DNA of 64,000 nt, taken from an uncultured Thermomicrobiales bacterium. Lineage in GTDB: Bacteria > Chloroflexota > Chloroflexia > Thermomicrobiales > UBA6265. Below the pieces are notes generated by a model, which saw nothing but the letters and a program-made list of their open reading frames with translations, ran no database searches and was not told the DNA's origin. Positions 8,055 to 16,532 of this stretch are shown one piece after another (positions within the stretch are counted from its first letter, which is position 1; every line of letters starts with the position of its first letter). Position numbers and translations under genes: made by a program. The stretch covers positions 2,110-66,109 of the forward strand of contig CADCWG010000163.1 in the NCBI GenBank assembly GCA_902806335.1, given 5' to 3'.

Positions 8055-9341
8055 CTACCCGGTGTGGCCGCGGAGGCGGTTGTAGGTCGCCACCTGCTCC
8101 GGCGTGAGGGTCTCGCGCGTCGTCAGGTGGGCCTGGAGATGAACGGTCGCCAGTTCGCCCCGGAGCCGGCTGACCTCCTCGACCCGTACCGACAGCTCGA
8201 CGGTCCCGATCGCGCCCGTTCGGAGGTCGGTCTCCAGCGCCGCCTGCGCGGCGAGGTAGCGCTCCCCGGCGAGGATCGCCTCGCCGCGCATCGCGTCGAA
8301 GATGGCCTGGAGCTCGGCCGTCTGCGCCGCCGTGAGGCCCAACTCGGACCCGAGGTCGAGGGCATGACGGGGCCCGGGGATGCCGTTCGCCTCCGCCGGC
8401 AGCGCGAGGCCGGCCCCCTCCCCCCGCTCGATCTGCGCGACCTCGTCGGGGGTCAGCGCCTGGATCGCGTCGGCCGCCGCGGCCGGCGTCGCCCCGCCGG
8501 TCAGCTCGGCGCGGATCCGGGTCAGCGCCGCGATCTCCGCCTCCTGGGCGTCGATCACCCGCTGCGCGACCTCCCGGATCTCCGGGTGCGTGGCCATCGT
8601 CAGGGCGTCGCGCGACGCCTCGATGGCGCTCTGGTGGTGCGGGATCGTCAGGTCGATGAAGGCCAGGTCGGGGTCGGCCGCGGCGCAGAGCGCGGCCACC
8701 TGGGTCGCCGCGTCCATCTGGGCCATCATCTCGTCCATGGGGACGGAGACGGACGGCATCATGTCGCCCATTGTGCCCATCATCGCGTCGTCCATCGGCA
8801 TCGGGTCCGGGCTGCCGTAGAACCGCTCGCGGTAGCCGCGCAGTTCCTCGATCTCCGGGCCCTGCGTGTCGATGATCTGCTGGGCGATGGCCCGCAGCTC
8901 CGCGTTCTCGAGCCGGGGCAGGGCGGCCTCCGCCATCGCCAGGATGGCGGCGTGGTGGGGGATCATCATGTCGAGGTACATCTGGTCGAACTCGACGGCC
9001 ATCGCCCCCATGTCGTGGCCGTGACCGGCCGCGGCGGTGGGCGACGCGGCGTGCCCCGTCGTCCCGTGGCCCTCGGCGTCGTGGTCGGAGCCGTGGGCGG
9101 CCGTCGGCGTGGCGCCCTGGTCCGTCGTGCCGTGTCCCATGGCGCCGTGGTCCATCCCGGAGGTCGGGGTGGCCGCCGTTGGGTCGCACGGGTCAGCGGG
9201 GACGGGCGTCGCCTGGCGAGCGAGGCGTGGGACATCGGCGGCCGCCCCTGTGGCGGCGACGATCCCGGCGAGGGTGGCGGCGAGGGTGGCGGCGAGGAGC
9301 AGGGCGACCAGGATCGGTCGCCGGCGGGTGGTGCGGTGCAT
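8055..9341 (-). CDS. secreted DUF305 protein fused to a Spy/CpxP/ZraP-like LTxxQ domain
   Basis: Signal/TM segment at the N-terminus. His/Met-rich linker at aa 60-115. Two DUF305 half-repeats (MIPHHAAI, TIPHHQSAI). C-terminal 130 aa carry LTAAQTAEL and LTPEQVATY. Confidence 0.85.
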   Translation of the reverse strand: MHRTTRRRPILVALLLAATLAATLAGIVAATGAAADVPRLARQATPVPADPCDPTAATPTSGMDHGAMGHGTTDQGATPTAAHGSDHDAEGHGTTGHAASPTAAAGHGHDMGAMAVEFDQMYLDMMIPHHAAILAMAEAALPRLENAELRAIAQQIIDTQGPEIEELRGYRERFYGSPDPMPMDDAMMGTMGDMMPSVSVPMDEMMAQMDAATQVAALCAAADPDLAFIDLTIPHHQSAIEASRDALTMATHPEIREVAQRVIDAQEAEIAALTRIRAELTGGATPAAAADAIQALTPDEVAQIERGEGAGLALPAEANGIPGPRHALDLGSELGLTAAQTAELQAIFDAMRGEAILAGERYLAAQAALETDLRTGAIGTVELSVRVEEVSRLRGELATVHLQAHLTTRETLTPEQVATYNRLRGHTG

Positions 9342-9436
9342 TCGACTGGTTCCTCCATGCGCGTGGGCCGTGCGCGTGCGGCACGGCGAGACCCCGGGGG
9401 TCGTGCCTCCGGGCGGCTCTCAGCGAGGAGGTCGGC

Positions 9437-9976
9437 CTAGATCCGGTACACCTGCAGCAGCGCGCGGCGGACGCCGGGCGGCGCTCCTGGAGCACGCCAG
9501 GACGGCGTAGGCATCGGGTCGCGGCCGGCGGGAAGGCTCCAGACCGCGGCCACGCCGGCGACCGGAAGCGACCCGGTGGTTTCCCTCAGTCCCGAGCGTC
9601 GAACCGCGGTCCGGGTAGCGGCGCAGGCGCTCCCATGGCCCGGCGGCTCCACGACGACGGACGGGCCAGGGTCGCGCCCATCGAGCCGGTCGGGAGCCGG
9701 ATCGGTCCGGATCGATCGGTCGTCGCGGGCGTAGGCCCGGTGGGGGTGCGCCGGATGGGTGTGCTGAGCGTTCGCATGGGAGCGGGGCCGTCCCCGATGT
9801 GCCGCCACGTCGCGCTCCCCGTTGGACGGGGAGTTGACCGCGGCGGCGTGGGCGCCGGTCGCCATCAGACCGTCGTGCCCAACGAGCAGGAGGACCAGGG
9901 GGAGGGCGACGAGCCAGGCCCGTCGCCCGGACGGCGCTCGGAGTGGGAGGCGACGCGGGGGCAGGCTTCGTCCCAT
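9437..9976 (-). CDS. hypothetical His-rich secreted/membrane-anchored protein
   Basis: Internal Met of ORF 9437..10174. N-terminal hydrophobic helix (AWLVALPLVLLLVG), then HANAQHTHPAHPH. GC3 is moderately high. Sits between the DUF305 gene and copB. Confidence 0.35.
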   Translation of the reverse strand: MGRSLPPRRLPLRAPSGRRAWLVALPLVLLLVGHDGLMATGAHAAAVNSPSNGERDVAAHRGRPRSHANAQHTHPAHPHRAYARDDRSIRTDPAPDRLDGRDPGPSVVVEPPGHGSACAATRTAVRRSGLRETTGSLPVAGVAAVWSLPAGRDPMPTPSWRAPGAPPGVRRALLQVYRI

Positions 9977-10179
9977 CGGCCCCCCGTCGTGCGATACCGG
10001 CCAGCCGCGGGAGGTCACCGGCGCGAGCGCTGGCCGGGGATACCGACCGCGGCGACGCCGGGCGTGAGAGGGGATCGGCCGCCGCCGGCACTGACGGCGG
10101 CCGCCCTGGGACGCGCCCACGATCACCGTGGGCGCGTCCCGCACCGACGGTGCCGCCGGACGCCGACTCCTCACCGACG

Positions 10180-12405
10180 CTACGCCCCGGAGCCCAGGTC
10201 CAGCCGGCGGAGGAGCTGGGCGTTGAGGGCCACCACGATCGTCGAGAAGCTCATCAGCAGGGCACCGACCGCCGGCGCCAGGGTGAATCCGACCGGCGCC
10301 AGGACCCCCGCCGCGAGCGGGATCGCCAGGAGGTTGTAGCCGGCGGCCCAGCCCAAGTTCTGGATCATCTTCCGGTAGCTGGCCCGCGAGAGCGCGATCA
10401 CCCCGACCACGGCCCGCGGGTCGCTGCTGGCCAGGATCACCCCGGCGGACTCGATCGCGACGTCGGTGCCGGCGCCGATCGCGATCCCGACGTCGGCCCG
10501 GGCGAGCGCCGGGGCGTCGTTGACCCCGTCGCCGACCATCGCCACCCGCTCACCGCGCCGCTGGAGCTCGGTGACCTTTCCGTCCTTGTCCTCCGGCAGG
10601 ACCTCGGCGAAGACCTCGTCGACGCCCAGGTCCCGTCCGACGGCCTCGGCGACCGGGCGGGCGTCGCCCGTGATCATCACGACCCGGACGCCCCGGCGGT
10701 GCAGGTCCGCGACCGCCGCCTTCGACTCCGGTCGGACCTCGTCCTCGAGGCCCAGCGCGCCGACGACCCGTCCGTCGCGGACCACGTGGAGGACGGCCGC
10801 CCCGCGGCTCGTCCAGGCCTCGGCCGACGCCGCAAGGTCGGCCGGCACGGCCAGCCCGCGCTCCCGGAGGAGGGCCGGGCCGCCCACGGCGACCGCGTCG
10901 CCGTCGACGGTCGCCTCGGCGCCCCGACCGGCGATCGCTCGGAAGTCGGTCGCCCGCAAGGGGCGCAGGTCCCGCGCGGTGGCCGCCCGGACGATCGCCC
11001 GCGCCAGCGGGTGCTCGCTGTCGGCCTCGACCGCCGCGGCCAGCCGCAGCAGCGCGTCGTCGTCGCCGTCGACGGCGGCCACCCCGCTGACCACGTGCTC
11101 GCCCCGCGTCAGGGTGCCGGTCTTGTCGAAGAGGACCGTGTCGACGGTCCGCATCCGCTCCAGGGCGAGGCGGTCCTTGACCAGGATCCCGCGCTTGGCC
11201 GAGATCGAGGTCGAGAGCGCGATCACCAGCGGGATCGCCAGCCCGAGCGCGTGGGGGCAGGAGATCACCAGCACCGTCACGGTGCGCGTGACGGCCTCGT
11301 CGATCTCCCCCAGCAGCGCCCAGGTCGCGAACGTCGCGACACCGGCGCCGACCGCGACATAGAAGAGGAGCGCGGCGAAGCGGTCGGCCAACGCCTGGGC
11401 GCGGGACCGCGACGTCTGCGCCGCCTCGACCAGGCGCTGGATGCCGGCCAGGGCCGTCCCCTCACCGACGGCGTCGACGCGGACCCGCAGGGCGGAGCCG
11501 GCGACGACGGTGCCGGCGACGACGCGGTCGCCGGCGCCCTTCTCGACCGGGCGGGACTCGCCGGTGAGCATCGACTCGTCGAGCGTGGCCCGGCCGTCGA
11601 CGATCGCGCCGTCGGCCGGGACCCGAGCCCCAGGACGGATCAGGACGACGTCGCCGGCGGCGAGCGTGGCCAGCGGCACCGTCTCGGTGCCGGCGGCGGT
11701 GACGCGCTCGGCCTCGTCGGGGAGGAGGGCCGCCAGCGCGCCGAGGGCCCCCTGGGCCTGGCCGATCGCCTTCATCTCCTGCCAGTGCCCGAGCAGCATG
11801 ATCACGACGAGGAGCGCCAACTCCCACCAGAACTCGAGGTCGAAGAGCCCAAGGGTGGTGGCGGCGCTGGCGGCGAAGGCGACGATGATCGCCAGCGAGA
11901 TGAGCAGCATCATCCCCGGCTGGCGGGCGCGGATCTCCTGCCAGCCGCCGGCCAGGAAGGGCTGCCCGCCGTAGAGGAAGACGACCGTGCCCAGCACCGG
12001 CGCGATCAGCTCGCTGCCCGGGAACGCCGGCGCGGCGAACCCGAGCAGGTCGTCCATCCACTCGCGGACCATCTCGCTCCAGAGCACGACCGGGATCGCG
12101 AGGGCGAGCGAGAACCAGAACCGGTCCCGGAACATCGCCGGGCTGTGCCCGGCGTGCTTGTCGTGGCCGGCGTGGGCGCCCTGACCGGTGTGGGCGCCGT
12201 GACCGGCGTGGGCGGCGTGGGCGCCCGCGGCCGGGGCCTGGAAGTCGAGGTCACGCGGGTCGGCCAGGGAGCCGCGGTGCACGCCGCCATGCTCGTCGTG
12301 GGACATCCCGTGCTCGGGGTGGCCGTGCTCGGGGTGGCTGGGCCGCTGGGTTGTCGCGGGGCCCTGTGAGGATGGGTGGGGGTGGGTCTGGGTGGAAGTG
12401 TTCAT
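10180..12405 (-). CDS. copB: P1B-3-type copper ATPase with His-rich N-terminus
   Basis: From ORF 10180..12747, started at ATG 12405 (MNTSTQTHPHP...). TM motif CPH (VISCPHALGLAIP), plus DKTGTLT and GDGVNDAPAL. The N-terminal ~80 aa are His-rich. Confidence 0.9.
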   Translation of the reverse strand: MNTSTQTHPHPSSQGPATTQRPSHPEHGHPEHGMSHDEHGGVHRGSLADPRDLDFQAPAAGAHAAHAGHGAHTGQGAHAGHDKHAGHSPAMFRDRFWFSLALAIPVVLWSEMVREWMDDLLGFAAPAFPGSELIAPVLGTVVFLYGGQPFLAGGWQEIRARQPGMMLLISLAIIVAFAASAATTLGLFDLEFWWELALLVVIMLLGHWQEMKAIGQAQGALGALAALLPDEAERVTAAGTETVPLATLAAGDVVLIRPGARVPADGAIVDGRATLDESMLTGESRPVEKGAGDRVVAGTVVAGSALRVRVDAVGEGTALAGIQRLVEAAQTSRSRAQALADRFAALLFYVAVGAGVATFATWALLGEIDEAVTRTVTVLVISCPHALGLAIPLVIALSTSISAKRGILVKDRLALERMRTVDTVLFDKTGTLTRGEHVVSGVAAVDGDDDALLRLAAAVEADSEHPLARAIVRAATARDLRPLRATDFRAIAGRGAEATVDGDAVAVGGPALLRERGLAVPADLAASAEAWTSRGAAVLHVVRDGRVVGALGLEDEVRPESKAAVADLHRRGVRVVMITGDARPVAEAVGRDLGVDEVFAEVLPEDKDGKVTELQRRGERVAMVGDGVNDAPALARADVGIAIGAGTDVAIESAGVILASSDPRAVVGVIALSRASYRKMIQNLGWAAGYNLLAIPLAAGVLAPVGFTLAPAVGALLMSFSTIVVALNAQLLRRLDLGSGA

Positions 12406-12476
12406 CGTCGCTTGCCGCCTATCGCGCGCCGGGTCGTGCTCGACGCGCCGTCCGGGGGAGGACCCCGGATCTAACG

Positions 12477-12698
12477 TCACCGCCGCGCCGGGTAGCCTGC
12501 CTCGTCCAGAACCTCCCGGATCCGCGCCTCCGAGACGCGGTCCGGGTCGAACTCGACCAAGACCTGCTTGGTCGTCGCATCGGCCTCGGCGCGACGGACG
12601 CCGTCGAGGGTGCCGAGTGCCGTCTGGACCGTGGCGACGCAGTGGCCGCACGAGATGTCGGGGGCCGTCAGGGTCGCCTGCTCGGTGGTGGTCGTCAT
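12477..12698 (-). CDS. copZ: HMA-domain copper chaperone
   Basis: MTTTTEQATLTAPDISCGHCVATV..., about 73 aa. GGGAGAAG RBS. Lies 71 nt upstream of copB. Confidence 0.85.
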   Translation of the reverse strand: MTTTTEQATLTAPDISCGHCVATVQTALGTLDGVRRAEADATTKQVLVEFDPDRVSEARIREVLDEAGYPARR

Positions 12699-12727
12699 CG
12701 GTCTTCTCCCGGCGCTCGCCATTCCTC

Positions 12728-12782
12728 ATACCCGCGCGGGGTATCATGCTCTGATGATACCCAAGGGGGGTATATAAGTCAA
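12728..12782 (-). promoter_or_regulatory. copZ-copB promoter with two CsoR-type operators
   Basis: Boxes ATACCCgcgcgGGGTAT (12728-12744) and ATACCCaagggGGGTAT (12757-12773). On the minus strand: -35 TTGACT (12777-12782), 17-nt spacer, -10 TATCAT (12754-12759). Confidence 0.65.
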
Positions 12783-12865
12783 GCGTGCCCGCGTCGCTGC
12801 TAGGTGGTGCCTGGGCGGACGAGCCTCGTCCGCCCAGGCGTTGCTGCTGGGCCCAGATCGCGGGA

Positions 12866-14113
12866 TCAGTGGGATCGGTTGGAGTGGCGGCGGTTCGCGC
12901 CGAGCCCCGCCAGCAGGACCAGGAGGAGGCCCGCCGCGACGGTCTGCCACCACGGGGCGTCGCTCGACCCGGTGTCGCTCGTCGTCCCGGCGCCGGTGTT
13001 GGGCAGGGCCCTGACCGGCTCCGCGGCGGGCTTGCCCGCGGTGGCGTCCGCGGCCGGCTTGCCCGTCGTTGGCTTCGCCGTCGGCGCGGGGGATGGCTCG
13101 TCGTCGATGGGCTCCTCGCCGACGGGCTCGTCGTCGACGGGCTCGTCGTCGGTCGGGAAGCTCTTGCGGTCGAGCGGATTCGTGCCGGCGCGGACCTCGA
13201 CGCCGTCGCTGTAGCCGTCGAAGTCGGTGTCGACCTTGAGGGCGTCGGTGTCGTGGACGAGGACCTCCTCGCCGTCGCTCAGGCCGTCACCGTCGGTGTC
13301 GAGATCCGTCGGGTCGGTGCCGAGCGCAGCCTCGCGCTCGTCGCTGAGGCCGTCGCCGTCGGTGTCGCGGTCGGTCACCTCATCGCCGGGAACGCTGCTG
13401 GCGTCGTTGGGATCGGTGCCGGCGTCGATCTCGTCGGCGTCGCCGAAGCCGTCTTCGTCGGAATCGGCGGCGAGAGGATCGGTCTTGGAGACCTCCAGTT
13501 CGTCGCCGTCGCCGAGGCGGTCCCCGTCGGAATCGGCGGCAAGGGGGTCGGTACCGAACTCGCGGACCTCGAAGCCGTCGCTGAGGCGGTCGTTGTCAGA
13601 GTCGGCGTCATTCGGGTCGGTGCCGAGTTCGAGCTCCTCCTCGTCGCTCAGGCCGTCCTTGTCGGCGTCGAGGGTGACCCCGCCGTCGCTCGGGACGCTC
13701 TTCGGGTCGTTGGGGTCGGTGCCGGCATCGATCTCGGTGGCATCGTCAGTGCCGTCGCCGTCCGAGTCGGCGGCATTCGGGTCGGTGCCGTAGGTAAACA
13801 GTTCCTCCCCGTCGCCGATGCCGTCCTCGTCGGAGTCGGCGGCGATCGGGTTGGTGCCCCAGCCGTCCTCGCGGACTTCAGACCCGTCGCCGAGGCCGTC
13901 GCCGTCGGTGTCGAACTTGGCCGGGTCGGTGCCGAGCTCCAACTCCTCCTCGTCCATCAGCCCGTCGCCGTCGGCGTCGAGGTCGATAGCGGCCTGGGAG
14001 TCGTCGGGGGCGGCGTCCTGGGCCCAGGCGGTGCGCGGCCCGGCGAGCAAGGCCAGTGTCAGGACGGCGATGACGAGGCGAAGGATGCGGCGGTCATGCG
14101 TCAGGGAAATCAT
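12866..14113 (-). CDS. sortase-anchored surface protein with thrombospondin-type-3-like Ca-binding repeats
   Basis: From ORF 12866..14191, started at MISLTHDRR. Signal peptide ending AWAQ. At least 12 DxDxDGxxDxxE-type repeats. C-terminal LPNTG, hydrophobic helix and RRHSNRSH tail. Confidence 0.8.
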   Translation of the reverse strand: MISLTHDRRILRLVIAVLTLALLAGPRTAWAQDAAPDDSQAAIDLDADGDGLMDEEELELGTDPAKFDTDGDGLGDGSEVREDGWGTNPIAADSDEDGIGDGEELFTYGTDPNAADSDGDGTDDATEIDAGTDPNDPKSVPSDGGVTLDADKDGLSDEEELELGTDPNDADSDNDRLSDGFEVREFGTDPLAADSDGDRLGDGDELEVSKTDPLAADSDEDGFGDADEIDAGTDPNDASSVPGDEVTDRDTDGDGLSDEREAALGTDPTDLDTDGDGLSDGEEVLVHDTDALKVDTDFDGYSDGVEVRAGTNPLDRKSFPTDDEPVDDEPVGEEPIDDEPSPAPTAKPTTGKPAADATAGKPAAEPVRALPNTGAGTTSDTGSSDAPWWQTVAAGLLLVLLAGLGANRRHSNRSH

Positions 14114-14256
14114 GGCGGGTGTCCTCCGTTGGGCGTCGGTGCGACTGGTCCGGACCAGGGTGGGGGTATGGGGGGACGGCATGGTGGGCATGGTGGTCTT
14201 CCCTGGTGGGGTGGCGCGACCGGGGGCGGGGACACCCCCCGCCCCCGATGGGGCGG

Positions 14257-15012
14257 CTAGTTCAGGTAGGCGGCGTAGACCCAGCCGTAGGTGCCGTTGT
14301 AGCCAACCTCGCGGAAGCCGTTGCTGTAGCCGGGCTGGAGGCTGACCTGCGTCCCGGCCGGGATCACCGCGACGATGGCGGCGCTCAGGCTCGGCTGGGC
14401 GCGGAAGTTGACGGCCGCGGTCGTCCGAGCCACGGGCACCGGCCGCGGACCCGGGCCGTCGTTCGCGACCGCGAGGTAGGCGTCGAACACCCAGCCGGCC
14501 AGGCCCTGGTGGATCACGTAGCGGAAGCCGTTGCGGACCGTGTCGCTGCGCTCGACCAGCGTGCCCCTCGCCAGGACGCGCAGCACCCGGTTGCTCGTCG
14601 AGGGGCCAGAGCGCAGGTTGACGGCGGCGGTCGTGACCCCGAGGCCGATGATGATCGGGTTCGTGCCGCCCCCGGTGGCCGGGACCAGGTAGTCACCGTG
14701 CGCCCAGCCGAGGTAGCCCTGGTACCAGACCTCGCGGAAGCCGTTGGCGACGCGTCCGCTCGCCGGCACCGTGGTGCCAGCCGGCATCACAGAGACGACC
14801 TTGTAGGAGGTGCCCGCGCCGGCGCGGAGGTTGAGCGCCGCGGTCGTCCGGTACGTCCCCTGGGCGGACGTCCCCTGGGCCGCGGCGCGCCCGGGCTGAC
14901 CGGCAATCACGCCGGCCACGGCGAACCCGAGGCCAAGCGCTCCGCCGAGAACCGTTCGACGGGTGAGGTTCCGTCCGAGTGACGGTCCGAGGGTCGTGAG
15001 GGAAGAGCTCAT
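14257..15012 (-). CDS. secreted protein with three bacterial SH3 (SH3b) repeats
   Basis: Twin-arginine-like signal (RRTVLGGALGLG). Three ~65-aa repeats of form T.A.NLR.GP...Y.V...PAGT.V......NGF..V.Y.G..GW....YL. Confidence 0.8.
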   Translation of the reverse strand: MSSSLTTLGPSLGRNLTRRTVLGGALGLGFAVAGVIAGQPGRAAAQGTSAQGTYRTTAALNLRAGAGTSYKVVSVMPAGTTVPASGRVANGFREVWYQGYLGWAHGDYLVPATGGGTNPIIIGLGVTTAAVNLRSGPSTSNRVLRVLARGTLVERSDTVRNGFRYVIHQGLAGWVFDAYLAVANDGPGPRPVPVARTTAAVNFRAQPSLSAAIVAVIPAGTQVSLQPGYSNGFREVGYNGTYGWVYAAYLN

Positions 15013-15811
15013 CGCTGTCGTCCTTTCGTCTGATCCTTCGTCCGATTGGTGAGGACCACTGCCCCAACAGTAGGAATCTGGGCCGGAGTCGACATCGAGT
15101 GAACCGTCTAACCGCGATACCTAAACGCTGCGCGTCGCCCTACCTAGCGGGCACCAATCCCCAGCGCCGGCTCCCTAGGCCGGTCTATCGGAAGCGGGCC
15201 CAGCGGGGCTCGGGGTGGCCGGGGCCGCGGGCAGGTCTGAGAAGGGACTGGGGGCGTCGGCGTTGGCGGGCCAGGGCGTATCGGTCCGCGGGCGCACGGA
15301 TGCTGGTCGAGGCTCGGCATCCGACCCCGCGTTCTGGCCGGTTCAAGTTCGAGCGCGCCTGACGTTGGCGGGCGCGCCGCGGTCGCGGCCAAGGCGAGCC
15401 ATCACGGCGGTGCGCCGGTGATCAGACCGCGCGCGGCGACCCCGGCAGAGGCGCTCCCGTTGCCGGCCTCACCGGGGCTCGGAGTTGGCTCGGTTGCCAC
15501 GGAGCGCCGAGGGCCAACCGGGGCGGTGTGGGACTCCTGGGGGCGGCCCAGCCTAACGGGTCCCGACGGCGCTCGCGATACGGGACCGGGGTGGACGGCG
15601 GTGCACGGGATCCGGTGGCCGGACCTGCCCAGGGGAGCCAGGGGGTTTCGTCGCGAGGCCGAGGGGGCGCGGCGGACGCCAGCTGGGTTCAGCCCTGCCA
15701 CAGCCCCGGCGACCGATCGGCGCCCGGCCGACGCGGTCCAATCTCCTGGTGGCGGTCGCGATTCGGACGGCGGTGCCCCGGCGGCTCGGCCGACCGGGGT
15801 GGGCACATCCG

Positions 15812-16306
15812 TCAGGTCCGTTCCGAGATCGTTTCCGCGTCTGGTGCTGGCGGGGTCCGCGGGTGCCCTGTCGGCGTCGGGGGCGGGCCCGTGATCGCGA
15901 TGCCGTGCCGGGCGGCCGTCGCGATCAGGTGCTCCAGCCCGGCCTCGTCCGTGGGGGGACCGACCGCGGTCACGAACCCCTCGCACCCGGCCGGGGCCAG
16001 CACGATCAGCAGCCGCGCCGTCCCGGTCTCGACCGCGTAGCCGTGCTCGGTGCCCCGCGGGAGGAGCAGGCAGGCGCCGGCGCCGACCCGGCGCGCCTCC
16101 CCGCCGACCCAGAACGTCAGCGCTCCCCCCAGCACGTAGACCACCTCATCCTCGTCGGCGTGGAGATGACGCGGCGGCTCGTGCCCCTGGACTTCGTCGA
16201 GCGCGACGAGCGCGAGCCGCCCGTCGGTCTCAGCGCCGTGGACGAACGTCGTCACCCGGCGTTCCCCGTGGCCGCCCCACTCGGCCATCGATTCCGTTCG
16301 GTCCAT
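15812..16306 (-). CDS. cupin-domain protein
   Basis: 164-aa ORF with a cupin metal motif (PPRHLHADEDEVVYVLGG ... PRGTEHGY). Confidence 0.7.
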   Translation of the reverse strand: MDRTESMAEWGGHGERRVTTFVHGAETDGRLALVALDEVQGHEPPRHLHADEDEVVYVLGGALTFWVGGEARRVGAGACLLLPRGTEHGYAVETGTARLLIVLAPAGCEGFVTAVGPPTDEAGLEHLIATAARHGIAITGPPPTPTGHPRTPPAPDAETISERT

Positions 16307-16532
16307 CGAGTTTGTCGTCCCATCGGTGCCCGGAGGCGCGGTCTCGTCCTGTCCCGAGTCTGGGGGACGGCCCGCGTTCGGACCACCAACGGGGCCCCCA
16401 CATTGCCCCTACAGCACCACCAGGGGCGGGCGGCGGCGATGCGACGGGGCCCGTGTACGGAACGGTGTTCCGCGCTACCCTACGCGCCCACACAACGCAG
16501 ACGGCCGAGGCGGATAAGGCGGCGGGTGGCCG

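Noticed and set aside
13200-13950. Regularly spaced DNA repeats that could suggest a repeat array or CRISPR.
   Set aside because: They are the coding repeats of the thrombospondin-type-3-like protein, in frame with high GC3 and with no unique spacers.
15225-15330. A CTGAGA-containing stretch, considered as a TPP riboswitch.
   Set aside because: It lacks the ACCC...GAACCTGA...ATGCCAGCG elements and has no thiamine-related gene downstream.
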